Shown here: one piece after another, positions 12,735 through 22,570 of the stretch
Position numbering within the stretch: position 1 is the first letter of the stretch
How the letters are laid out: each line of letters begins with the position of its first letter
Assembly: GCF_001194135.2 (NCBI RefSeq)
Contig: NC_068995.1
Coordinates: 3,521,795-3,585,794, forward strand
Direction: 5' to 3'
Length of the DNA: 64,000 bases
From: Octopus bimaculoides
Taxonomy: Eukaryota
Translations under genes and position numbers: made by a program
Notes under the pieces: model-generated
Databases searched by the model: none
Told to the model about the DNA's origin: nothing
Seen by the model: the letters and a program-made list of their open reading frames with translations, nothing else

Positions 12735-12775
<41 letters not shown>

Positions 12776-12798
12776 TTCTTTATTCTACTGTTTTGCAG

Positions 12799-12980
12799 GT
12801 GGATTTTTAGTGTTCCAAGCTATGCATCCTTCTCTTTGTGAGAGTAAATCCAACAAGTGTACTTCCCTGACATCTCTATCACAGCCTTGTCTGCCAATTA
12901 GCAATGTAGGACCAACACGCATTCTTCATTTTCTCTATTTAGGCTCACAGAGGGATGCTATGTCCCAAGATATAATACAG
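12799..12980 (+). CDS. DUSP8/16: Dual-specificity MAPK phosphatase (DUSP8/16 family), internal exon: end of rhodanese/CH2 domain and start of DSP domain
   Basis: Acceptor ttttgcag|GT (phase 1), donor ATACAG|gtaatc. Translates (G)GFLVFQAMHPSLCESKSNKCTSLTSLSQPCLPISNVGPTRILHFLYLGSQRDAMSQDIIQ, matching the family pattern GGF..F...P.LCE...SQPCLP..N.GPTRIL..LYLG.Q.D. Confidence 0.95.
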
Positions 12981-13288
12981 GTAATCTACCAACATTTTCT
13001 CTCCTGTTTTAATGAAAAGAAAAAAGAAAAATTAGGAACATCACCTGTTTGTATGGAAGTTATTAAGAGCTTGTATTATTTTCTATTTATTCCTTTTTGT
13101 ATTTGTTGTGGAATAGTAACGAATGAAATAAATCTTTAATTGAAAAGCAGGTGAGGGTTAGCAAGAGCAAGAGCATCCTGCTGTAAAATAAAGCCTCAGT
13201 AAATATTAAGTATTCTTCAAACCCATGCTAGCATGGAAAAATGGACATGAAGTAAATAAAACACACACACACACACTCTCTCTCTCTC

Positions 13289-13367
<79 letters not shown>

Positions 13368-13808
13368 NNNNNNNNNNNNNNNNNNNNNNNNNNNNNNNNN
13401 NNNNNNNNNNNNNNNNNNNNNNNNNNNNNNNNNNNNNNNNNNNNNNNNNNNNNNNNNNNNNNNNNNNNNNNNNNNNNNNNNNNNNNNNNNNNNNNNNNNN
13501 NNNNNNNNNNNNNNNNNNNNNNNNNNNNNNNNNNNNNNNNNNNNNNNNNNNNNNNNNNNNNNNNNNNNNNNNNNNNNNNNNNNNNNNNNNNNNNNNNNNN
13601 NNNNNNNNNNNNNNNNNNNNNNNNNNNNNNNNNNNNNNNNNNNNNNNNNNNNNNNNNNNNNNNNNNNNNNNNNNNNNNNNNNNNNNNNNNNNNNNNNNNN
13701 NNNNNNNNNNNNNNNNNNNNNNNNNNNNNNNNNNNNNNNNNNNNNNNNNNNNNNNNNNNNNNNNNNNNNNNNNNNNNNNNNNNNNNNNNNNNNNNNNNNN
13801 NNNNNNNN
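13368..13808. other. Assembly gap inside a DUSP intron
   Basis: N run between (CT)n and (CA)n; the flanking exons join in frame with no missing protein segment, so no constitutive exon is hidden here. Confidence 0.95.
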
Positions 13809-13858
<50 letters not shown>

Positions 13859-14177
13859 TTTGTCCAACCTGGTTCTCTACTTTTTCATTCTTTCCACTGT
13901 ATTCTTCCTGACTGAGAAACCATTCCTGTTTTTGGGTGATAGATTCAATCTGTTACTGGGTTAAGTGCCACTGTCAGGTTCTTGGGTAGCTTTGGAGTCT
14001 CGTCTGTCGCAAGCATTTGGGTCATGTCTTTGGTTTGAGGATTCCCTTCTCCTTTTCCTCTTGACCATGAGACTAAAAGAAAAAAAAAACAACACCTGGA
14101 AAAGCTACTTTCTTACCTGAAATTTACCTTTGTCTTGAAATTTCAATTGATGTGTTTCTTTTCATCTACCTGTTCAG

Positions 14178-14325
14178 GTTAATGGCATATCTTACATTCT
14201 GAACGTGACCACAACATGTAAGCAACCCGCATTCATTCAAGAGAGTCACTTTCTTCGCATTCCAATTAACGATAATTACTTTGATAAGATGCTACCATAC
14301 TTCCACGATGCATTCCAATTCCTTG
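14178..14325 (+). CDS. DUSP8/16: DUSP8/16 internal exon (DSP domain, general-acid loop)
   Basis: tgttcag|GTT...CTTG|gtaag; 148 nt, phase 0 to 1; VNGISYILNVTTTCKQPAFIQESHFLRIPINDNYFDKMLPYFHDAFQFL; in phase with both flanking exons. Confidence 0.96.
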
Positions 14326-14620
14326 GTAAGAAATTTTCCTCTTCACAATATTCTCCATCCCTGCCTCTTCTTTCAGGCTGTTGTCATTGTTGTTTTAACT
14401 TTTATATTATTGAAGTAAAAATGTGTTCTCTATTTTATCCATCCCAGAGAATCTCCCAGACTAGTCTTTACTGTGATTAGAACCACAACCCTCACCCATT
14501 GTGGATATTTTGGTGTTTCTTCTTTTCCGTTGTAGACAATAATGTTCAATTTATATTTGAAAAAATATTTTTGTGAAAAATTCTTCAGTTTGTTTATTCC
14601 TTTATTTTGGTTTCCTTCAG

Positions 14621-14744
14621 ACAAAGTACGAGAGGCTAATGGTTGTGTACTAATCCACTGCCTAGCTGGTATTTCTCGGTCACCGACGCTGGCAATAGCC
14701 TATGTCATGAGGCATCTAAAAATGTCTTCAGATGATGCATACAG
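14621..14744 (+). CDS. DUSP8/16: DUSP8/16 catalytic exon (HCxxGxSRS)
   Basis: tttccttcag|AC...TACAG|gtgagt; 124 nt, phase 1 to 2; (D)KVREANGCVLIHCLAGISRSPTLAIAYVMRHLKMSSDDAY(R); catalytic Cys codon at 14659-14661. Confidence 0.97.
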
Positions 14745-14805
14745 GTGAGTAGCTTTTACACCCAATTCTTTGAGAAACCGATTCCATTTAGGGTATTTTG
14801 TTTCT

Positions 14806-15030
14806 TTAACCCTTTTAGCATCCAGATTACTCTATCCAATGTAATCCTTATTTATTCACATCGTTTTTTAATTAATCCTGCATTATCTCGTAGCTTTGAG
14901 ATTTCAGTGATGTGATTGTTTATTTTCTAAAGGACATTGTAGAATAGGTGTGGGAGGCCAGATCTGGCCAGTGTTAACATAGATAGAATATTTGGACCAG
15001 ATATGGCTGGTTTAAATGCTTAAGTGCTAA
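14806..15030 (+). mobile_element. piggyBac-like MITE in a DUSP intron
   Basis: Starts TTAA-CCCTTTTAGCAT, ends atgcttaagtgctaa (degenerate TIR); body ggccagatctggcc..tagaatattt..agatatggctggttt recurs at ~34615-34795 (+) and ~30200-30410 (-). Confidence 0.55.
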
Positions 15031-15386
15031 ATCTGACCACACTTACTGCAACTGGCTTGTCTAACCCTTTGGTATTCAAATTACTCAGTCAAATCTCACA
15101 CCTATTTATTTACCTTGATTAGAATTATTCCTGTATTATCTTTTACCTTCAAGGTTTATGTTCCATACATCAGATAAATAACAAAAAGGTTATTTCACTA
15201 AATTCTTTGTTATTTTCAAAATTAGCTGAAACAATGGCAACGTGTTTTGACAATACTGTGTTAAGAAAAGTGTTGTTTACCCCAAAATTACTCCCTCTAA
15301 AGACTCTTAAAGTGTCTGAAATGAATGTTGTTAATTTTTGTTTTGTTTGTTTTTGACCCTTTTTTTTTTTGTGATTCTACTTTCAG

Positions 15387-17058
15387 ATATGTTAAGGCCA
15401 AGCGTCCCACCATTTCACCAAACTTTAACTTTTTAGGACAATTACTAGAATATGAAAAACAGTTAAGAGAAGATCAAGAGAAAGCTAAGAAGCTTGCAGA
15501 AACATCAGGAAAAGCTATTGAAGTGTCTCGTGGAGGGCAGTTTGCTATGGATTTATGCAGCAGCCCCGTCTCACCAGTTCCGAAACTGCATCGAACTTGT
15601 GGTAGCATGACCTCAGCTCTGTGTTTGCCAGTGACCCGACAGTCTCAGATAACAACAACAGCAACAACAACAGCTTCATCCGAAGTCCTTACATCTACTC
15701 TTGCTCCTACATCTGTTGACGAAGCTGATTCTATGCACAAAACAGCATCTACTAGTGGCTCTCCAGTCCCCTGTTCGGAGCCTACAAGCATATCTTGCAC
15801 TAGCACCATTTCCACTACTACTACTACTAGTACTACAACAGTTACTGCTACTTCTACCATCACCAACACCTCCATCAAAAGTTGTTCAAAGTTAACCTTA
15901 TCCCCTCCTTCACGACCACAAACATTCACAAGCCTGCCTTTCAAGACAACTCTTTCTCCGACCCCTATAACACCACCCCTTATACAGAAGCTGGCACTCT
16001 CTCCTACTGCTGCTCTGGCGAAACTGAATTTCAGTCAGAATAGTGTTGAAAATATGGAAACACTGGAAACGGTAACTGTTGAAAATATTCTTCAGATACA
16101 CAAATTTCCAACTACCTCATTGGACAAACTTAGTTTTACGCCTTGCTTTGCCAAGGACGAAATAGACAATGGCAGTTGCAGCAATGTCCTTAATAAGGAC
16201 AGTAATATCAGCGATAGCGGGACAACAACCCCTATCACCACCACCACCACCACCACCACCACCACCACCACCACTTCTCTAACTTCTCTTGCCACAACTT
16301 GCATGACAGTGCGCCCACGTAACACTGCTGTCAAGAGACCCAAATCCTCATCTCACTCTTCTTCATCTTGTTCGTCAACATCTACAAGTGATGGCATTGA
16401 TAGCAAATTCATTGAACCACTTTCACCCAGTTCAACTAGCAGCAGCAGCTCTACATCCAGCTCTGCGGTGACTTCTCCCACAACTGCTAACTCTTCAAAG
16501 GTTATACTTCGCTCAAGAGAGAATCGCGCCAAACGGCCCCTCGTTCGCCCTAACAGCATTGCATTCTCAACTTATCCGACCTTTGATTTGGGTTCTGATT
16601 GTCAGGAGTCTCCAGGGTCGAGCAGTACAACTTCACAAGACGATACGTCCGAAGCGTATTTATTGCACAATGGCAAGAAATCGAAACCTTCAGAATCCGG
16701 AGGCCATTGGCCGTACGGTCGCTATTCTGAGAGGCACGTATACAAACAGATTGCTGCCGCCATGGAAAGTGCCATGGTTCGAACACACGTGTTTGAAAAT
16801 TCCCGAAAATCTCGTAGTCTGGATGATATCTTGACTTCTGAAGAAGATCCAGCTGTATTGGAGTGTCCGTGCTCTCCGCTCGACAAACTTCCTCGACGGT
16901 GTGGGGCAAGCGCAGACATTTATTCTAAAGGAATCTTTGAAAACTTAACCTGTCATATCCGCGGTTCATCGGATTCCTACCAATCAAGCAGCAGCATCTC
17001 TTCGAGTGGCAGTCACAGTTCATTACACGGAAGTTTAGAGATCATTCAGGTATCCTAG
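15387..17058 (+). CDS. DUSP8/16: DUSP8/16 terminal coding exon: end of DSP domain plus long Ser/Thr-rich tail
   Basis: tttcag|A TAT GTT; (R)YVKAKRPTISPNFNFLGQLLEYEK is the canonical MKP signature; open for 557 codons to TAG at 17056-17058; ends GSLEIIQVS, like vertebrate DUSP16/DUSP8 termini (GSMEIIEVS / GSVEVIEVS). Confidence 0.95.
16237..16275 (+). repeat. Coding trinucleotide repeat (ACC)12-ACT encoding 13 Thr
   Basis: Read directly from the terminal exon. Confidence 0.95.
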
Positions 17059-18164
17059 GCAAACAGCTTTGTTTTTGTGTCGGGATGTTACCTTGGTGTT
17101 GTCTGTGTGCATGAGCAAACCAACATGCTTATTGTATGTTTTTTTTTTATTTGAATTTGATTTTTTTTTTTTATTTAAAGAACTGTTTTCTTTTTAATTG
17201 TTTGTTATTCCTCCACCCCTGCCCCCACAGACCTTATTAATTAATATTTCCCGTCCTTGTCTTGATAACATGGATAACGATTATTTAATGAAATCTAGGA
17301 AACAGTTGCATACATTTGAAAGTGACTAATGTTGATTCATATCATTGCTTTTGACCAGCTGTGTGTTGTTGAACACATACACACACACACAGCTATACAC
17401 ATATATATATATATGTGTGTGTGTTTATATATATGTGTATATATATATAGACACACATGCATACATACAACAGACTTGTAAATCTCTGATACGACTTGTA
17501 AGAGAACTCACAAATATTCTATTATGTATATTATTGTAATATTTTTTCATCATGTTTCATTTTTATCATTGATAATAATTTGAAACGAAACAAAACACAA
17601 AAACTGTAAATACTAGAATTGTTAAAAAAAGACGAAAAAAAGCAATTTGTTTTCATAAGTTTCTTGTGTTCTTGATGATTGTTGCGAGTGTTAGCAATTG
17701 AAAAGAACATTCCAATATCGACCCAATAACTTATACTGAATGAGTTTGAATTGAAATTATTTGCTATTTTTTTTTTATTGAATAGCATGTCTTGTTTGGG
17801 TGGCTTCATTACTTCTTGATCAATTTATTTCACTTTGGAGCAAGAGGGCAATAATGATAATAATAATAATAATGATAACAATTAATGATAAAAATAGTTG
17901 TAACGAAACAATGATAATAATAGTGCAGTTAATATTTAACTGAAATCATGCAGGCTGTTATAATTTCAGTTGTGCGAGTTATTTGGTATGCAAAACTACC
18001 CTTCACAAGCTGATAAGACGTGAATATATTCATATATACCCTCATGTGAATGTATACAGATATTTTCATCTGAATATATACACACATCTTTAGAAGAATA
18101 TATACATATATGTATGTATATTCTGCCCCTTTATATAATTAACAGACAGCGATATATGTATGTG

Positions 18165-18199
<35 letters not shown>

Positions 18200-18201
18200 A
18201 T

Positions 18202-18286
<85 letters not shown>

Positions 18287-18944
18287 CATATATAAAACTT
18301 GAAATCCTGAAGGACTATTTCCATGCCGTTCAGGTGATAGTGTGTTTTGCAGTCTTAATGTACATAGCATGATGTCTAATGAAACTTTAAGCATGTTAAA
18401 TTTTTTTTTTGTTTTGTTTAATTAATTTTGTTTTATTATGTTTTGTTATTTTATTTTTGTGTTTTTGAAGTGTGACCTTCACATTCATCCGTGTGTCTTT
18501 TTTTTTTTTTTTTTAAAGAAATTCATGCAAAATATCTTTTAGTAAAATCACTTCATGTTGAAAAAACAACAAATGAAATAACCCCCTTGATGTATAAATC
18601 CCTTGGTCTTGATGCATTCAAATTGTAATGGGGGTTTGATTATATCTTGATTTGTATCTTCAAGATAATATATAACTATCTAATGACAACATTATAGAAT
18701 TTTCCTAACTACAACTCACATTTGACAGGAAATGGTTTAAAAACCTGTTGGACTTATTTTACAAATTGTTTGAATTTATTGAAATTGATTGCAGTTAGGG
18801 ACATAATTATATTATATATTTTGTCTCATTAGAACCAAACACTAAATTTGTTAATTGTTATTTTTCTCTATTGAAATGTCATCAGGATCTATAAAGTAAG
18901 GCACCTAATTGTCCAAAACTACACTCTTATGTCCCATCCATCCA

Positions 18945-19270
18945 TCCATCTGTTTTCTCCACCCTCTCTTCCTGGCAGGGTTGTTGGGGTATAGTCTTTG
19001 TGCACCTCTTCCATTGGGTCCTATCAAAGGCGACTCTCATTACACTTCTCAATTGGATTCCCAAGTGTGACCAATATCCAAGACGGTGAATATTATTCAA
19101 TCATTTCATTCTTAGTCCATCTCTTGGTCTCCTGCCAATTGGCTGGATTTGAAGAATCTATCTTGCAATTCTTTCTTCTGACATTTTAATCACATGTCCA
19201 TAGAAAGAGAACTGTGACTTCTCGATGCAGAGAAATAGCAGCAGCTTGATCTGGAGAGATTTCCTGATCT
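18945..19270 (-). mobile_element. RTE-clade LINE 3' end
   Basis: Minus strand G.RPRD...NNIHRL...AFDRTQWK...QQPCQEE followed by a (GGAT)n tail, the usual RTE RT C-terminus pattern. Confidence 0.55.
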
Positions 19271-20269
19271 TATGTTTAACAAAAGAATTTAATCTTTTTT
19301 TTTTTTGATATCTAAACTTTATGGCTCCATTTCAAATATTTTCTGATATTTCTAATACCAAGTGGACATTGGTTTTTAAATTTTAAAGGTAATATCTTCA
19401 CAAAATATTTCTTCAGAATTTTCAGTATATTTAAAACAAAGAATTGTCCAATTTATGGATTTACCAATTTCGGATAATTATTTTTGCTAAAATATTCAAC
19501 GATGATGATAGGAATCGGTATTAAAAAAAAAAAAAGAAATTACCGATTCCAGTTTGTTAATGGTTTTGTTTTTATTGTTCAACTTGTCTTCCAGTATCAC
19601 CATAATTAGCATAGATTTCATTAATCACAAGAATTTTCTTCCTGAGTTCAAAAGACTTCAGATTAATGCACACTATAATGGCCATTATCTAGTGCTGCTA
19701 AACAGACGAGAAACTGACTGATTTTGTTGGGGGCTTTTTTAGTAATTTCATTATTATCTCAATAGAATTTAAATTTTAACATTACTTAAAGTCAAACTCA
19801 TGCTATCATCGAAACATGACAGTTAAAAGGAACATACACACACTGATATACATGCCTATAAATATATATATGTGTATATATGTGTGTGTATGTATGTATG
19901 TATGTATGTATGTATGGGACAGCCTTCCTTTCATGCATATATTGAAGATGCGATTGCATTCATGTTTTGATATTTTTTTTTATTAAATATTTTCCTCATG
20001 TTCCTCTTTATTTAGTCCTTTATGCTTAGTCCGAAACAAGGAGTTCATTAACATTTCAAAACCTTCTCAATCTTGGCTTCAGAAGGAATTGTAGATAATG
20101 GTGTGTTCTTACCATGTTTTGCAAGTGACAGCAAAAAATCTAGAAATGGAACCAATTCCAGATTCTTTTACTGTTAACTCCTGCCTATTTTCATTGAGAT
20201 TTGGTTTGGATCTTGTTATTAACACTCAGTGTCTATGGTAGGACCCCTGTTCTACTCTGGTCCTTTATA

Positions 20270-20540
20270 CTCATGTTTTATCCTTCTTGCATGAAGTTAC
20301 TCCTCCCCCTCCAGGGGCTTGCACTCTTGCAAGGTGCACAGTGACCTCACACGTACTGGTGCCATGAAAAATGAACCCAGTACTTGTAAAGTGGTTGGCA
20401 TTACGAAGGGCATCTGGTTGTAGAAACCATGCCAAACAGGCACTGGGGTGCGATGTAGTCTTTGGGTCCATCAGATCCTGTCTGTTCATCCAATCCATAC
20501 CAGCATGGAACATTGATGTCAAATGATGATGATGTCGATG
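20270..20540 (+). mobile_element. SINE 3' part with (ATG)n tail
   Basis: gggcatctggttgtagaaaccatgccaaa..ccataccagcatggaacattgatgtcaaatgatgatgat; reverse copies at ~29030-29270 and ~56970-57080. Confidence 0.7.
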
Positions 20541-20916
20541 AAGGGAGGCAGAGGATGAAGATGAACATCCTCTTGAAAATTTTCAGAAACAAAAGCCTGA
20601 AAAGCTACAGAATAAAACATAAACAATAACAGAAAAGATTAGGGTTATCTCCAATCCGTCTTAATAGCTGGAGACAAAATTATCCTCCAATACTATTTGA
20701 ACTTGCCACTATAGCAAGGAAAAAATCTACTTTCAACAGAAATTATACCTTCCATAATTCTCTTCAAAGATTTTTGTTTGTGAAATAACTGGTGTATTGC
20801 TTGCTTGCATATGTGTATGTGTGTGTGTGAATCAGTTTGTTTTCTCTGAAACATGTAACACGGATGACACAACTATATTCTAGTTTATTAATGCTTTCTT
20901 GCATCTCTTTTTTTTT

Positions 20917-21106
20917 TGTGGGTTACCGAGGCTGCTGATGGTTTCATGCTAAGAAGAATCTCTTAACGATTATCAAGCCTGCTACATGGGAACCTTGGTA
21001 CTCGTCTCCAGCATGGAGACGAGTACCAAGGTTCCCATGTGGCAGGCTTCATAGCTGATGAGAGATTCCCCTTATATGAAACAAATGGTAGCTTTGGTTA
21101 CCCACA
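20917..21106. repeat. 190-bp palindrome with 3-nt loop
   Basis: Inner arms 20971-21010 / 21014-21053 match at 38/40; outer arms align with scattered mismatches out to TGTGGGTTACC / GGTTACCCACA. Confidence 0.9.
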
Positions 21107-21169
21107 GATACAGAATATTTATCCGCCAATGTGGTGTCAAGCACTCAGTCTCACTCTACGATATTAGCA

Positions 21170-21228
<59 letters not shown>

Positions 21229-21742
21229 CACTACAAATTCAAGGTTAGGTAATAATCATGTAATCATTTGAGAACATAGCTGAAGGTCTATCAAGCTTGT
21301 TACATGCATATGTTTGCAATGAGAAAATGTTTATGTTGAAACCCACATACCTACATATACACATAGACCTGAGGTTCACAGCAGCCGCACACACATTTAT
21401 ATGTGTGATTTTGATTGAAGCAAGGTGAAATAATGCTGTCACAGCCGTTCAGAATCTGCAGACTAATTGGAGTTATCTTCCCTTGTTTAGCTACTTCCCA
21501 GGAAAATAAATTACAATGACCATGAAAATACGATTGCTTCCTTACGATGCCTTAAGGAAACAAAACATGACAAAAAAATGTTTGATAAGGGGTTCATAAT
21601 ATTGATTTACTCCCGTTTATAATTAATACTTGACTAGAAAATACTGAAATTATCTTGTGTGGCTTGATGTGTGTGTAACGATTTGTACATTATGTACATT
21701 GTTTACATTTGACGGATATTTGTCCTCATCTTGTTTGTTGTT

Positions 21743-21788
21743 AACACAACGTTTCAGCTGATATACCCTCCAGCCTTCATCAGGTGTC
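21743..21788 (-). ncRNA. Minimal type I hammerhead ribozyme (Penelope-associated variant), core intact
   Basis: 5'-GACAC CUGAUGA A GGCUG-GAGGGUAUAU-CAGCU GAAAC GUU|GUGUU-3': stem I GACAC/GUGUU, stem II GGCUG/CAGCU, self-complementary AACGUU in place of stem III, NUH triplet GUU. Confidence 0.7.
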
Positions 21789-21982
21789 TTGGGGGAAATT
21801 TCGAACCTGGGTTCTCATGCCTAAGGTATTTTTCGATATTATTGCCTGGAATCGAACTCGGGATCTAGGAGTTAGTAGCCTGAATAGTGACCTGATTAAT
21901 AAAAATAATAATAATAACAATAATAATAATAATAGCGAAAAAATACCTTAAGAATGAGAACCCAGGTTCGAAATTTCCCCAA

Positions 21983-22026
21983 GACACCTGATGAAGGCTG
22001 GAGGGTATATCAGCTGAAACATGTTA
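21983..22026 (+). ncRNA. Second hammerhead copy, probably disabled
   Basis: Identical from GACAC through GAAAC, then ATGTT instead of GTTGTGTT, so the cleavage triplet and AACGTT palindrome are lost. Confidence 0.55.
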
Positions 22027-22223
22027 ACAACAAACAAGATGAGGACACAACAAACAAGATGAGCTTTGTCACATACTGTGACACCCATTGACCAGGTAAT
22101 TCATAGGCTTAAGGTTCAAACAACTGACAAAATCAACAAAAAACCATCCATCTTATTCTGAAATACATCTACATTTGCATGCTCTTACCGAACCCATGCT
22201 AGCATGGAAAGCGGACGTTAAAC

Positions 22224-22257
<34 letters not shown>

Positions 22258-22292
22258 TGAAAAAGAAAAAAAAAACTGCTTATGATGTACAT

Positions 22293-22570
22293 CAATGGTT
22301 TCCAAACTTTTTCAGGCTGCTGCCCCCTTGACACCACCCAGGTCACATTGCTAGTGCCCCCACCCCAACTAACCATCACAAACATAGACCTCTTTCTGAA
22401 GCAAATTCAAAGCAACTGTATTTCACAAATGAAACTTAACCTAATTGAACCCATTATTTTGTTGTTTTTACATAAATTCCTACCCCATTATCACCCCACT
22501 TTTCTTCAATGCCCCTTTGGAACTTTCCACTGCCCCCAGGGGGCAATACTGCCCACTTTGGGAACCACTG
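22293..22570. mobile_element. hAT-superfamily MITE
   Basis: TIRs CAATGGTTTCCAAA / TTTGGGAACCACTG; 8-bp target duplication ATGTACAT (22285-22292) / ATGTTCAT (22571-22578), one mismatch. Confidence 0.85.

Larger units (their letters stand above)
17059..20616 (+). other. Putative DUSP8/16 3'UTR (end uncertain)
   Basis: U-rich sequence after the stop; first canonical AATAAA on + that I could find is at 20611-20616; variants (AGTAAA 18541, ATTAAA 19520) occur earlier, so the true end may be upstream. Confidence 0.45.
21690..22063. mobile_element. Fold-back non-autonomous retroposon-like element with hammerhead-bearing inverted arms and a central tRNA-like head
   Basis: Arms 21721-21843 / 21928-22047 are near-perfect reverse complements; the spacer holds B-box GAGTTCGATTCC on the minus strand (21848-21859). 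Confidence 0.8.

Noticed and set aside
1-12798. Upstream rhodanese-domain exons of the DUSP
   Set aside because: Checked candidate donors at 228, 5200, 6950, 7050 and 8640; each had an in-frame stop or no similarity to VVVYDQ..LL.KL..V..L. These exons probably lie left of the window.
12810-13139. 109-aa ORF reading through the exon donor, with intronic AATAAA at 13127 (truncated docking-only isoform)
   Set aside because: Read-through of about 50 codons and AATAAA are both expected by chance in AT-rich introns; no positive evidence.
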